Below, in pieces: positions 9,539 through 20,063 of a stretch of 64,000 bases of DNA (positions within the stretch are counted from its first letter, which is position 1; each line of letters starts with the position of its first letter). The notes under the pieces were generated by a model that saw nothing but the letters and a program-made list of their open reading frames with translations, searched no databases and was not told the origin of the DNA. A program made the position numbers and the translations under genes. Location: positions 62,001 through 126,000 of IMG/VR virus record IMGVR_UViG_3300050821_002957; one strand, written 5' to 3'.

Positions 9539-11290
9539 TTACTTCTTCTTGCCCACCATGCCCACGTTCCACTTAACGTGTTGTTTGCATTTTTCATTCG
9601 GATGTTCAGCAGCAACCTTTCCACAATTGTTGCAAATTGGATCTTTGAGCTTCTTCTTTTGATCGGCTGTCAAACCTTCCGCCATCAACTTGGCGTACTC
9701 TTGTGAAATAGTTACCGACTCAGTTTTGACTCCACCCGGTTTGTCGCCCGGAAAGCCAGTTTTCTTTTTTGCTGCGGTATGCTTTACGTAATTCTTCTCG
9801 TCAACCAAACCAGGAGTGCCATGTTTGCCGCCCATATTGAGAACCCACCCGCCATGACTAGAACGCATGACAGCTTTGCCTCTTTGTGTTTGACCTTGAG
9901 GAGTTTTGATGTGAACTGTGTCACCGTGACCAATTTCATTAAAGGCTTCGACGATTTCTTCTTCGGCCATATCATTGTGCGAGTCTGGTCCACTGTAATG
10001 CTGACACATTGGGCTGTGCTTCTCATTATCATGGCAAGAGCTTACGCAATCTTTGGTTGGTTTGAATTTTCCAACAGCAAGTCCTTGAGAACGAGACGAC
10101 CGCATAAGTGCTGCTTTGTCGTCAGAAACGTCTTCTACGATTGCACTAACTTTTTTTTTAGGATCTACAGATTCCATAAGACCGGCCACTTCAGCACGGT
10201 GTTTGATGTAACCAGCAGCCGCAGCAATGATCGGATCGACTTCTTCATTCTGAGAAGCAGTATCGTTCATTCCCTTCATGCGATTATTGGCTTTTTGAAT
10301 TGCCTTTGGTCCCTTGTCTTCCGGGTCGGCCTGCATGTTTGAAAATGCATTCGCCGGATTGTACATAATTGCTGATGCATGTGAGATCACGTCCGCATCG
10401 CCACCAGGAGTCTGTGGATAAGCAGTAGGAATGTGAGCCTGTTGTGTCACACCGAAATCATCAGCTTCATTCTTTGATGTTGGGCACATGCACATCGAGC
10501 CATTGCAAGATTTCGGCATATTACCACTGGAGCCACCACATGTCGGGCAATAGCTGCATGGACAATTTTTTGTGGTACAAGTATTTTTTGCTTTCTCATC
10601 TTCAGTCATACCGACCATTGCATCATTGGCATCTTGAAAATTTGCAGCTTCACCCTCGTAGGTTGCGCCTTCTGGGTTATTTGCATAATCAGCTTGAGGA
10701 TTGTTGAATCCAATCTCACCTTCGCCCATAACACGCTTTATTTGTGCTTGTGCTCTACGACGCTTCGGGACAACTTTGTTTGCAACTTTGTTTACGACGC
10801 CCTTCATCTTATTCAAAATTTCGCCTTCATAAGTTGCGCCCTTTGGATTTTTTGCATAATCGGCTTCCGGGTCTTTGAATTCAATGTCGGTCTCACCCAT
10901 CATGTCAGGAGAGGAAGACTCTTCATCTTCACCAAGAGAATGATGATTCTTGGCTGCGCTCTTCATAGCCTTTGCGCCGTACTTTTCTACACCGACCTTG
11001 TGAGCGATGGCACCTGCGTAAGCAGCACTCTTTCCACCAGCTTCGAGCTTACCTACGAGCTTCTTGAAACCAATATGCTTCTCAGCTACGAAGACTTCTA
11101 CTAACTGTTTTGCCGTTTCAAACGCAATGCCCTGTGCAATACGAATGCCCATACGTTGCTGATTGTTATTGTACACCGATTCATAGATGTCGTTGACTTC
11201 CTTACGAACATCTTCAGGCAAAGAAGCGTAAGCCGGATATTTTGCAATGTCATTGGTCTCGACATCGTTCATGTTTCTAAAAAAGCTCAT
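9539..11290 (-). CDS. putative head-internal polyprotein or scaffold-like protein
   Basis: 583 aa with frequent hydrophobic-x-E sites; internal repeat GE.EI.F..P.ADYA.NP.GATYEGE; late promoter at 11321-11327. Confidence 0.6.
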   Translation of the reverse strand: MSFFRNMNDVETNDIAKYPAYASLPEDVRKEVNDIYESVYNNNQQRMGIRIAQGIAFETAKQLVEVFVAEKHIGFKKLVGKLEAGGKSAAYAGAIAHKVGVEKYGAKAMKSAAKNHHSLGEDEESSSPDMMGETDIEFKDPEADYAKNPKGATYEGEILNKMKGVVNKVANKVVPKRRRAQAQIKRVMGEGEIGFNNPQADYANNPEGATYEGEAANFQDANDAMVGMTEDEKAKNTCTTKNCPCSYCPTCGGSSGNMPKSCNGSMCMCPTSKNEADDFGVTQQAHIPTAYPQTPGGDADVISHASAIMYNPANAFSNMQADPEDKGPKAIQKANNRMKGMNDTASQNEEVDPIIAAAAGYIKHRAEVAGLMESVDPKKKVSAIVEDVSDDKAALMRSSRSQGLAVGKFKPTKDCVSSCHDNEKHSPMCQHYSGPDSHNDMAEEEIVEAFNEIGHGDTVHIKTPQGQTQRGKAVMRSSHGGWVLNMGGKHGTPGLVDEKNYVKHTAAKKKTGFPGDKPGGVKTESVTISQEYAKLMAEGLTADQKKKLKDPICNNCGKVAAEHPNEKCKQHVKWNVGMVGKKK

Positions 11291-11323
11291 TGTATAGGTC
11301 TCCCACGTAGGTGCTAGTCGTAT

Positions 11324-11914
11324 TTAGAGTTTTGACAACCTACAATGTCTGCTATTAAACATTTTTTCTTTTGTAGTTTCTGACAAAATTTTCCCTTTAT
11401 GAGCACGACCGATAGCTGCTTTGGCTTCATCTGAGTGCGAATAGGTCATTCCAACTGCGTACTGATTTCCTCTCATCTGTTCCCGTTTTCGTGCCCGACC
11501 TTCTTCAGTGAGCTTTGCTTGCTTTGCCCATTCAGCGGCCTGGAGTCTGGCCTCAGGATGTTTTTGAAAGTAAACCACCCTGCACTCTCGAAGTTTTTGT
11601 TTAGTCGCTTCAGAATGTTTGTGACCGTAACCTTCACCACCCGGCTTCATGTTATAGCCTGTTTCTATTGTGTTGAGTTTAACGATCCAATCTCGTTCTT
11701 TCTGATTGAGTGATTCTTTATCAGTAGCGACATCTATTGTTTCGATCAGAAAGACTTCAGAACCATATTTTCGGATCGCACGATGAATGGTAGTTTGAGA
11801 GCCTTTTCGTACTTCTGATTTATGTTGCTGAAATCGCTTCATTGCAGTAACCATCGTTTTGCCAACGTACTGCTTTCCATTGATTGTGTTTGTAAGAGTG
11901 TAAATAATCATCAC
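11324..11914 (-). CDS. GIY-YIG homing endonuclease with NUMOD3 motifs (Seg-like)
   Basis: IIYTLTNTINGKQYVGKT...RFQQH...E...N; HSEATKQK, HSDEAKAA and LSETTKEK repeats. Confidence 0.9.
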   Translation of the reverse strand: MMIIYTLTNTINGKQYVGKTMVTAMKRFQQHKSEVRKGSQTTIHRAIRKYGSEVFLIETIDVATDKESLNQKERDWIVKLNTIETGYNMKPGGEGYGHKHSEATKQKLRECRVVYFQKHPEARLQAAEWAKQAKLTEEGRARKREQMRGNQYAVGMTYSHSDEAKAAIGRAHKGKILSETTKEKMFNSRHCRLSKL

Positions 11915-11941
11915 TCTTATATAGGCTCAATGAAGAATTGA

Positions 11942-12685
11942 CTACCCCATGATAAAATCTATAGGCAATTGGAATTCGTCGTGAACTTGCTGTTCTAACT
12001 TTTCGATATTGTCGAGTGCTTTTTGGTAAATGTCGGCACCGTTTAAAGTTACACCACCGAGCAGGGCAACTCCTTGATATTTAATCAGGTTCTCACCCCA
12101 CTGACGCCGTAGCAATTCAGTCGTATAGGCCATCAGCCAACGATCTCGATAGACATCTGGGTAAACATCCGGGTCCAAAATTCTATAACATTCAATAATG
12201 TAGTAATCGCCGACAGAGACCGACGACCAATCCAACAGAATGCGAAGTTGCATCTGGTGACGAACAAACAAGATACCAGGGTCCGCATTGAACTCAAATT
12301 CCAAGAGTGCAAGATGCTTCTGCATGATGTCGTAGTGAATGATCGATGTACTCGTAAAAGTATACAAGTCATTCAAGCGCATCTGATATTGAACGTCGAA
12401 CAACCCGATGTTGCTGGCATTTGAATTTGCAGTCGGCAAAACACGAGTAACAGAGATGATCGGGGCCGGAATCGGAATGTACTCATTTGTAATATCCTGA
12501 GCCGTCATTTGATGGGCAAGATACACTCTTTCTACGCCGTCGAAGTGATAGTCTTGAAAGTAGAGAAAGGCATCATCTACACGGTCTTCAATTTGCCCTG
12601 GATCGAGGTTAATTTCGATTACAGGAGCACCAAGTCTACGTAAGCAATAGTCGATCAGTTCTTGTCGGTTTGTTGGTAACGCCAT
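11942..12685 (-). CDS. gp13: neck protein, T4 gp13 homologue
   Basis: LIDYCLRRLGAPVIEINLD..QIEDRVDDA..YFQDYHFDG; QWGENLIKY.GV.L.GGVTLNG. Confidence 0.92.
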   Translation of the reverse strand: MALPTNRQELIDYCLRRLGAPVIEINLDPGQIEDRVDDAFLYFQDYHFDGVERVYLAHQMTAQDITNEYIPIPAPIISVTRVLPTANSNASNIGLFDVQYQMRLNDLYTFTSTSIIHYDIMQKHLALLEFEFNADPGILFVRHQMQLRILLDWSSVSVGDYYIIECYRILDPDVYPDVYRDRWLMAYTTELLRRQWGENLIKYQGVALLGGVTLNGADIYQKALDNIEKLEQQVHDEFQLPIDFIMG

Positions 12686-12693
12686 ATCACTAT

Positions 12694-13779
12694 TTATTGC
12701 CAGCTTACTAAGGTAACAGAAGTAGACAAACCAGTTCCAGTATCAGGGCCAACAAAAAATCCTAACGTTGCAGGCATTCCAGTGTATGTGGTCCTAGCCA
12801 GTGTTCTGAAAGGTAGAAAAACCAAGCCATCCATTGAATAGGTGTATGTGATGTTTACACCATCGTCGGAAACTCTGAACCACATTATTGGCCCTACATA
12901 GTTACCGTTCGGAGCAGTTGCATCTAAACCACCCCAACTATTTGGACCACTCCAATGTTCTGTTGCTAACATATAATTGGTGGTTCCTTGATTCACCAAT
13001 CCCATGCTGAAAAATGCTCCCGTTGAATCTGAGACCATAATACCTAAATTAGACCAGGCTCCGTTCGATTGAGCTAACATGAAACCGGCTGTTCTTGTAT
13101 ATGGTGTAGACGGCAAAGGAATTGTAGCACCTACAATCATGTTACAAGATGATGCTGTTCCAGTCAGAGTCATAACTCCATTCGTCACCAAAGTTCCAGC
13201 ACCACCACAATTACCTGCCAAATTCAAAGGAGTCCACGAAAGGTTGCTAGGAAGAGTTACCGGAAAACCCAACACCCAATCTGCCCAAGTAAAACCATCG
13301 CATTCACTTACATCTGGTATATCAGTTGAATAATACAGAGCACCTGCGGAAGCACATGTAGGACGAGCAGAAAATGTTCCTCTAGTAGCACTGGAGCCTC
13401 CTCCACCACCACCGGAAGCATTGATCGTAATGCTCGCTAGACCACCGCTAAAAGATGGTGTAAGGGAAATACCAGAACCAGGAACTAAATTAAAAGTCGT
13501 AGCCGTACCCACAGCGGAACCATTACTCTGAATCGGCAAAGAACCAGGAGGCGTAGCAGTGATAATGGTCTGATTGTTTACAGAATCGTCGGTGCAAGTC
13601 GTGCCAGTGCTACAGTTCAACACAGGTCTTGGTGTTAACATGCTACCTGCATTCTTGATGATATAATATGCAGCCTGTGTGATCCCACTTCCTTTGACTT
13701 CAAGATTGACTGCCGCAATCAATACCATAATGCTAACGATGAATGCGATTGTATGTTTGATGTTGAACCGATTTTTCAT
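12694..13779 (-). CDS. fibre-like protein with N-terminal signal or TM segment and C-terminal beta-sandwich
   Basis: Hydrophobic N-terminus, Gly/Thr-rich linkers, lectin-like C-terminus. Confidence 0.6.
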   Translation of the reverse strand: MKNRFNIKHTIAFIVSIMVLIAAVNLEVKGSGITQAAYYIIKNAGSMLTPRPVLNCSTGTTCTDDSVNNQTIITATPPGSLPIQSNGSAVGTATTFNLVPGSGISLTPSFSGGLASITINASGGGGGGSSATRGTFSARPTCASAGALYYSTDIPDVSECDGFTWADWVLGFPVTLPSNLSWTPLNLAGNCGGAGTLVTNGVMTLTGTASSCNMIVGATIPLPSTPYTRTAGFMLAQSNGAWSNLGIMVSDSTGAFFSMGLVNQGTTNYMLATEHWSGPNSWGGLDATAPNGNYVGPIMWFRVSDDGVNITYTYSMDGLVFLPFRTLARTTYTGMPATLGFFVGPDTGTGLSTSVTLVSWQ

Positions 13780-13781
13780 AT

Positions 13782-15380
13782 TTAATGTGCTCCCATTCCG
13801 TACACTGCAACATATCCGCTGTTGGTGGTTACGAATATTTTACCATCGGCCACTAAAGGTGATACATATTTAGCCATGCTTCCTAACGCATCACCAACTA
13901 CATTAGTGCTGTTCCAATATTCCGACAACGTTACGGGATTATAAGCGTATAATACTCCCGACCGTATTGAACCGAATGCTCCTCCAGCGGTCGTGGCTAC
14001 AAACCACAATATTCCATTGAAGGCACCCATTGAAGAAATCGTCATAGCACTCGCACCAGGGAAAGAAAAATTCGTTCCTGAAATTGTAGGTGTGGTGTTA
14101 AATGTTGTTCCACTATACGTAAAAGCGTAGATTGGACCACCAGTGATTGGAAGGTACAAAGTATTCAAACCAAAAGCGCCGCCATAAGAGCCGGAAGAAC
14201 CTCCGTAAATATTATTACCTGTAGTCGTAAAATTCTGTAGCGGACACCCCGAAGAACCTTGCAAATGTCCCATACACGAAGTACTGACATTATACACACT
14301 AAAATCTTTACCAGCGATCTCTAATTGACCTCCAGGTAACAGCATAACTCGCCCTGAACTAAGGTCTGCATCCGAGCCATTTAAAGCTGCATAGTTAGCT
14401 GGAGTAAACCAATCCACAACAGCAAGTGTCGGACTCAACTTGACCACCGACTCACCATAATTGGTAGTACCATCATAGGTTCCGTTGCCAGTTGCTACGT
14501 ACAAATTCCCTGAGGCATCTACAGCAGGACCACCGCCAGCCATCCAAACCCCGCCGCCATAGCCATTAGGTGTAGAGCACCAAATACCAATTTGCGATAA
14601 ACTGGTAGTCGAATAACCCACTACCCATCCGTGATAAACACCATTGTCTTCTGGCATCCCAGCAAATGCTACATAAACATTTCCGTTAGCCAAAGTAATG
14701 GATGATCTACCGTTTGCAAGAAAGCTGTTTAACACTACATTAGATCCGCTTAGATCATCCCCGCCTCCGGGATTACCACCGCCTACTACCGTTCCTGACA
14801 CCACGATTGTATTTAAGAGTGTTCCAGTGGTCAAACTTAAAATTCTGATTTGCCACGAAGGTGAAGTAGCGTCTCCACATAACAAGTAAAGTTTTTGAGC
14901 TACAACATCTACTGCCGGGGTCGCAATACAACCTAAATGTCCTTGATAATAACCTTCAGATCCAGACGAACCTGGATATGAGGCAATAGAGTTTCCTATC
15001 ACATTGGTCCAAACAGATGTGAAACGATTGGCATCATAAGCATAGACCCGATTTTCAGCGGTAGCCACGATGATCAAATCTTGTTGACCAGAAGATGTAA
15101 CGACACCAGGGACAAACAAAGGCTGAGTCCATGCATCTCCAATTATTGGTAATGTAGTGAGTAGCCCAAAATGTCCTCCAGTGACATTCGCTGGAGTTAA
15201 CACAAATTCTAGATTATTCCAACTTCTTCTATTGGTGTCCCAATGCCCTGTAAGCATTGATATGGGGGCTTGAGGTACAGCCACCGGACTAAAGACATTT
15301 GATTGTGCCCCGAGAGGCAAACTATTTGAGTTGGAAAAAATAAGAAGAAAAACGATCCATTTAATAAGAGTACGTGACAA
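13782..15380 (-). CDS. secreted PQQ-like beta-propeller protein
   Basis: Signal peptide; [31 protein letters not shown]...L...DADL.S and P.VADGK.FV motifs. Confidence 0.75.
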   Translation of the reverse strand: MSRTLIKWIVFLLIFSNSNSLPLGAQSNVFSPVAVPQAPISMLTGHWDTNRRSWNNLEFVLTPANVTGGHFGLLTTLPIIGDAWTQPLFVPGVVTSSGQQDLIIVATAENRVYAYDANRFTSVWTNVIGNSIASYPGSSGSEGYYQGHLGCIATPAVDVVAQKLYLLCGDATSPSWQIRILSLTTGTLLNTIVVSGTVVGGGNPGGGDDLSGSNVVLNSFLANGRSSITLANGNVYVAFAGMPEDNGVYHGWVVGYSTTSLSQIGIWCSTPNGYGGGVWMAGGGPAVDASGNLYVATGNGTYDGTTNYGESVVKLSPTLAVVDWFTPANYAALNGSDADLSSGRVMLLPGGQLEIAGKDFSVYNVSTSCMGHLQGSSGCPLQNFTTTGNNIYGGSSGSYGGAFGLNTLYLPITGGPIYAFTYSGTTFNTTPTISGTNFSFPGASAMTISSMGAFNGILWFVATTAGGAFGSIRSGVLYAYNPVTLSEYWNSTNVVGDALGSMAKYVSPLVADGKIFVTTNSGYVAVYGMGAH

Positions 15381-16641
15381 TGCCGCCTCCTACTACTGCA
15401 CTTCCCAAGTTTACACACACAGCTTGACTAACTGGTGTCGGTTGTAATTGAAATGTGCTATCAATGGTGATACCGCCGAGGGGAGGCATTACACCTGTGA
15501 TGGATGTAGTGCCAGTACCACAATTAGACCCGGTTCCATATACAAGTTGGAAAGAAACTGCACTGGCAAAATTGATCATAATACCACAAATCGTAACTGG
15601 GTTACCTGTTGACACCGCAATAATCTGAGTCAAACCTGAAGCAGAAAGTGTAATCGGCGCACTGCTTGTACAAGTTACTCCACCGCCGCCAGCCCCTAAG
15701 CCAGCGATTACATCTTGAACATAGTGAGTCGTTGCAAAATTTGTCGAGTCATCGGAGTCCGAAGGATTTGGTCCAGAAACAGTCCCACTAAACTGACAGT
15801 TGTCATTCAGCGGACAAAGATTGCTACCTGTAGCGCCGACACCTTGAGTTGCTGCTGCTCCTAAACCTAGATTCGTTCTCGCTGTTGCAGCATTTGCCAA
15901 ATCCGAAAGATTGTTTGCTGCGGCTGCAAAATCGGTTGTAGGATGAGTTGCAATGGAACCAAGTCCCAGATTAGTTCTTGCCGTCGATGCTGATCCCAAA
16001 TCCGAAAGATTGTTGCTTGCCAAAAGACGAAGACCAAGAGCAGTTTGAAGATCAGTCTGTGAACCAATTGTTCCACCAATCGAACCCCAATTTGCACCAC
16101 CACCACCCCCGGCTGCACCCACCTGAGTAGCCGCTGTAACTCGACCGTCTAGACCAATCGTGATCTGTGGAATATGTGTAGAATCGCCATACGTGCCATT
16201 GGTGACACCACTGTTGGCAATCGTGGGATTAGGGTAGTTACCCGCCAACGATCCGCCTGCACTCGCTGTAGCACCGAGGAAGGCACTGGTGTTCTGAACT
16301 GCTGCCGATCCCAAACCTAAATTTGTTCTTGCCGTCGATGCTGATCCCAAATCCGAAAGATTATTACCTGCTACCAAGAAATAAGAAGCTGGATGAATCG
16401 CTGCTGTCCCGATTCCCAAATTAGCCAGAGTTGTAGAGACACTTGCTACGTCAGACAAATTGTTCGCAGGGTTCAACGGAGTGTATCCTAGGAGATTCTG
16501 TTTTAGGGCAATAGCATTGAAAGCCGCAGTGATGTTGCTGTTGACAGCCGAAGGAATATTCTTGATTGCAATGTTATTTGGAAGTGGTGTTTGTGCTGAA
16601 AGGGTAGCCACACAAAAAGCTAAGAGTAAGAGTTTTTTCAT
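15361..16641 (-). CDS. fibre-like protein with signal peptide and NNLSD...ARTNLGLG repeats
   Basis: Start [17 protein letters not shown] at 16641; four NNLSD repeats typical of phage tail fibres. Confidence 0.7.
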   Translation of the reverse strand: MKKLLLLAFCVATLSAQTPLPNNIAIKNIPSAVNSNITAAFNAIALKQNLLGYTPLNPANNLSDVASVSTTLANLGIGTAAIHPASYFLVAGNNLSDLGSASTARTNLGLGSAAVQNTSAFLGATASAGGSLAGNYPNPTIANSGVTNGTYGDSTHIPQITIGLDGRVTAATQVGAAGGGGGANWGSIGGTIGSQTDLQTALGLRLLASNNLSDLGSASTARTNLGLGSIATHPTTDFAAAANNLSDLANAATARTNLGLGAAATQGVGATGSNLCPLNDNCQFSGTVSGPNPSDSDDSTNFATTHYVQDVIAGLGAGGGGVTCTSSAPITLSASGLTQIIAVSTGNPVTICGIMINFASAVSFQLVYGTGSNCGTGTTSITGVMPPLGGITIDSTFQLQPTPVSQAVCVNLGSAVVGGGIVTYSY

Positions 16642-16931
16642 TAGAATTGATCCGCCGTCGCTGCTACTATGTTTGCAGCCAATTGTGCTTCGTCTGCCGT
16701 CATATTTAGTGACCGATACAGATACCATGTACCGTTGTAAAAATATCCAACCGATTGCGATCCTGACAAACTTACTGTGTCAGCAGGTGTTACGGTTTTC
16801 CATGCATTGTTATAAGCTGTTCCCGGATTTGAGTCGTTCCCATTGTAAGGATCGACGTAAAAATTATACGTCGTATTTACGGTGGCCTGTCCTGAGAACA
16901 CAGCCTTGACAGCATACAACGGTATAAACAT
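16641..16931 (-). CDS. small protein with YVDP..GND.N.G...AWKT motif
   Basis: Motif typical of the N-terminus of beta-helix (DUF1565-like) proteins. Confidence 0.55.
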   Translation of the reverse strand: MFIPLYAVKAVFSGQATVNTTYNFYVDPYNGNDSNPGTAYNNAWKTVTPADTVSLSGSQSVGYFYNGTWYLYRSLNMTADEAQLAANIVAATADQF

Positions 16932-16933
16932 GA

Positions 16934-17272
16934 TTACAGTGATCCGTAAATCGGAATGACTTGTGTCAAAGAACCTTGATCAACCGGAGAACCAGAAAGT
17001 CCCGATACCAACTTCAACCATCTCAGCTTGCCTACCGTGGCAATCATATTCGGCGGCAACATAGAAACCATGTACTGTGTATACGACGGAATCGTGATGT
17101 TAAGCTCATCTCCAGTGTCATCATAAACAGGGCCAAAATTTATACCATCGGTCGATGATTGGAACGCCAAGGTTGCCGATGTCCATCCTGTAATGAATTG
17201 AAATCCAATAATGGTGTTCCCTGTCAAAAACAACGAACTGGATATAGCTGTACCAGAGGTAAATGTCATCAT
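16934..17272 (-). CDS. small beta-rich virion-associated protein
   Basis: WTSATLAFQSSTDG..F..VYD motif; ATAAATA promoter upstream. Confidence 0.6.
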   Translation of the reverse strand: MMTFTSGTAISSSLFLTGNTIIGFQFITGWTSATLAFQSSTDGINFGPVYDDTGDELNITIPSYTQYMVSMLPPNMIATVGKLRWLKLVSGLSGSPVDQGSLTQVIPIYGSL

Positions 17273-17281
17273 AACCTGTAT

Positions 17282-17689
17282 TTATCTCACTGCAATTGTC
17301 TTTTGGTAGTTCTTTCCGTCAACCGTAGTCTGCCATCCAATATGATAAGCTACTGAACTAGTTTGAGCCTGGACGTATCCCAAAGTCACGGCTTCTGTGC
17401 GCCGACGAAAATAGACTAGTCGATATTTGGCGTCAGGGGGCAAGTCTTCTTTGTCATGAATCGTAAAAGCCAATCCATCAATCTCAAAATGTCCATCTCG
17501 AAGATCCACCGAGTAAGTGTGATTGGGGTCTACGATGCCAAAGACAATCACATCATCGATTCGCTGCATCACATCATAGAATGCAGATTTGTGTTCTTCC
17601 GAAGATGCGATCTGTGAAACATCCTCTGCCGTCTGTTGAAGCATCGTGCCATCACTGAAGTGGCATTCAAAAAGGTATCCTAATTCCAT
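17282..17689 (-). CDS. conserved phage hypothetical protein (possible fibre chaperone)
   Basis: VDLRDGHFEIDG...RLVYFRR...YHIGWQ motifs. Confidence 0.65.
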   Translation of the reverse strand: MELGYLFECHFSDGTMLQQTAEDVSQIASSEEHKSAFYDVMQRIDDVIVFGIVDPNHTYSVDLRDGHFEIDGLAFTIHDKEDLPPDAKYRLVYFRRRTEAVTLGYVQAQTSSVAYHIGWQTTVDGKNYQKTIAVR

Positions 17690-17698
17690 TGCTCATAT

Positions 17699-18796
17699 CT
17701 ATACGAGCGGATTTGGACCTCGAACCAAGAGAAGATTGTGAGCAAACTTAAACAAATGGCCCATCTGCCCGTTAGTAATGTCTCCTTGGAGCAATGCAAA
17801 GTAAATCATCGTTCCACGAATGTTTCCTATCAGACCACTGTCACCAATGAACTTTGGTAGAGCTTCTTCAGACAAATCATAAATGCCGACTTTTGTTGCA
17901 ACATTAGAATTAACCGAAAGACGAGTGTCTAGCTGCTGGTCGGTTGGGTTGTAACGTTGAACTACGACAAAGGGAACATTCACGGTTGGAAAAAATTTTC
18001 CGGTCCATGCTTCTACTTGAAGGTCAACTGCGAAGCCGATATCAGTGTTGTAACGTAGTTTGTAGTAACCATCTGTACCACCTTCACCCCAGACAGCAAT
18101 CACATCGTCAGAAGTATCCAATGTCTCTGGTTGAACAATTGCAAAGACCGTATACGTCGAAGTACTTGCCATGTGACCTGCAATCAAAGGTATGTTCGAC
18201 GATGTGATGTATTGTGATCCATCCAATCGTAATCCTAAATTCGTGTACACGCCTGGAGCCGACAACGTACCATCGATTCCATTGCCCGACAAATCTTTGA
18301 TCGTAGTTGGGTTAGAACCTTCATAAAATCCGTATTCGACCAGCAAATTTGGAAGATTAATGGTATAGGCAATGACAGCAGAACCTAGTTGTGTCTGTTG
18401 TGTCGTCACTTGAACAGTGCTATTGGCTAATTGGGTCTGTATCGTCGTATTGCGAACCGACGTGTTTCCGATTTGCGGTCTGACCGTCGTATTTTGAATA
18501 TCTGCTCCACCAACTTGTGAAGCATCAAAAGTTACTTGAAATCTGGAAATACCCGGCTGTGTTTGGGCTGTTGTATTTTGAATTGCAGCCCCGCCAGCCT
18601 GTTGCTTTGGATTGGTAGTCTGAATACGTGCCTTGCCGGTCTGACAGCGTTGTAGCCCCGTTCCAGGCCCAACACGGTCCTCTTCTCCTTGCATGGCGAC
18701 CAACAGTTCTCCGTTCGTCGAATCCAACCAACCTTGTTTCGTCAGTTCGGCTTCAGGATAGAACGTCGGTGGGGTGTCCAGAGTCCATAGAGGCAT
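17699..18796 (-). CDS. virion protein with 14-aa repeats and a LamG/ConA-like domain
   Basis: About 7 TTxQTQxGxAxIQ repeats followed by DLSGNG.DGTL; late promoter at 18803-18809. Confidence 0.65.
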   Translation of the reverse strand: MPLWTLDTPPTFYPEAELTKQGWLDSTNGELLVAMQGEEDRVGPGTGLQRCQTGKARIQTTNPKQQAGGAAIQNTTAQTQPGISRFQVTFDASQVGGADIQNTTVRPQIGNTSVRNTTIQTQLANSTVQVTTQQTQLGSAVIAYTINLPNLLVEYGFYEGSNPTTIKDLSGNGIDGTLSAPGVYTNLGLRLDGSQYITSSNIPLIAGHMASTSTYTVFAIVQPETLDTSDDVIAVWGEGGTDGYYKLRYNTDIGFAVDLQVEAWTGKFFPTVNVPFVVVQRYNPTDQQLDTRLSVNSNVATKVGIYDLSEEALPKFIGDSGLIGNIRGTMIYFALLQGDITNGQMGHLFKFAHNLLLVRGPNPLV

Positions 18797-18918
18797 TTGC
18801 AGTATTTAGAGTCAAACCCAATCAACTCTGCACGCATCAAAAAGTCTTCAAAACTAATTTGTAATCATCAAGATGCAGCGACCGAACATTGCACGAAGAG
18901 AAATTTTAAACAGAACAC

Positions 18919-18947
18919 TTGACAGTATTTTAGGAATGTGAGACACT
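18919..18947 (+). promoter_or_regulatory. sigma70-type promoter for the inverted gene
   Basis: TTGACA-17-GACACT with TG extension. Confidence 0.55.
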
Positions 18948-18985
18948 CGTGATTGTCGGACACATTCTGACACACAAAGGACAAA

Positions 18986-20005
18986 ATGACGCTTATTACT
19001 GATATTGATCTCGCTCAACGGGCAACGCACAGTAAAATCACCGTACATAAAGGATCAACCGAAAACATCCTTCGCACAATGCCCAAACAACGGGACTTCC
19101 GTATCAATAGCTGTCTCGAATTAAAAACAGCTATTGAACAAGGAACCTTCCGATACTTACCCGGACAAGCGATCCACTTCGATAATGAAGGCCATCTGCG
19201 TAACGGACAACATCGTCTTTTAGCGCTCTCTATGGCAGACGGTGGCGAATCCGAACCCTTCATTGAAGTTGACGTGATTTCGGGTGCCACAGAAGACGAG
19301 ATCGAAACCCTCGATCAAGGCGTCCCTCGAAACACCGCCGATGTATTGGCGATGGAATTAGCAAAACGTGGAATCATCATCGATGACCATCGAGTAATCA
19401 CGGCTACTGGTCGGTGTATGATGTTGTTCGATACATTAATGACCAATGACTCGAACACCGCCACTCGGATCGGTATTGAAGCAGCGATTGCTGGTAAAGG
19501 TTCAGCAGGCGTTACGAAAGATCAGGAACTTAACTACATTCGTGAACATCTCAACGAATTGATTCCTGCCGCAAAGTATGCTAACCGTGGCCGGGGCGAC
19601 CGCAAAGATGAAGAAGCCTCAAAAGTACCGTTAGCTCCCCGTATTGCTGGAATGGTGTATGTGTTACTTGCTCGCACCACAGATCAAACCAAAGCACTCG
19701 CATTCTTAGAATCACTGGCGACCGGCGAAAAACTAGAAAAGGGTTCTCCGGTTTTAGTTCTTCGCAACCGCCTGAAGGATAATCCGCCGAAGCCTCGTGA
19801 AACTGCATTACTTACGCTGAAGGCGTGGAATCAATTCTGCGAGGGGAAGGTTGTTGGGCAGACTAAATTGGCAGCAGAAGAGACTGTCGAAATCACCAAC
19901 ATGCCGCAAACGCCTGCGACCAATATTCAGATCGTTTATTCCAGCAGTAAGACCAAAAAAGCACTCCGGGAAAAGCTCAACTCACAAATCGCAGTGAGTG
20001 CCTAA
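18986..20005 (+). CDS. DGQHR/ParB-Srx-like domain protein
   Basis: IHFDNEGHLRNGQHRLLA and D.G.PR...D motifs. Confidence 0.65.
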   Translation: MTLITDIDLAQRATHSKITVHKGSTENILRTMPKQRDFRINSCLELKTAIEQGTFRYLPGQAIHFDNEGHLRNGQHRLLALSMADGGESEPFIEVDVISGATEDEIETLDQGVPRNTADVLAMELAKRGIIIDDHRVITATGRCMMLFDTLMTNDSNTATRIGIEAAIAGKGSAGVTKDQELNYIREHLNELIPAAKYANRGRGDRKDEEASKVPLAPRIAGMVYVLLARTTDQTKALAFLESLATGEKLEKGSPVLVLRNRLKDNPPKPRETALLTLKAWNQFCEGKVVGQTKLAAEETVEITNMPQTPATNIQIVYSSSKTKKALREKLNSQIAVSA

Positions 20006-20015
20006 ATTACAACGC

Positions 20016-20049
20016 AAAAGAGCGCCGGGACCGAAATCCAAGCGCTCCT
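20016..20049 (-). terminator. intrinsic terminator
   Basis: GAGCGCTTGGA/TCCCGGCGCTC stem plus TTTT on the minus strand. Confidence 0.55.
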
Positions 20050-20063
20050 CTGATACCTTTTTG

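Noticed and set aside
11324-11914. Intron-encoded status of the homing endonucleases
   Set aside because: Flanking genes are complete and spacers are too short for intron cores, so the endonucleases are treated as free-standing.
15900-16480. DNA repeats as a CRISPR array or DGR template/variable pair
   Set aside because: They are in-frame coding repeats ([19 protein letters not shown]); there is no regular spacer pattern and no reverse transcriptase in the window.
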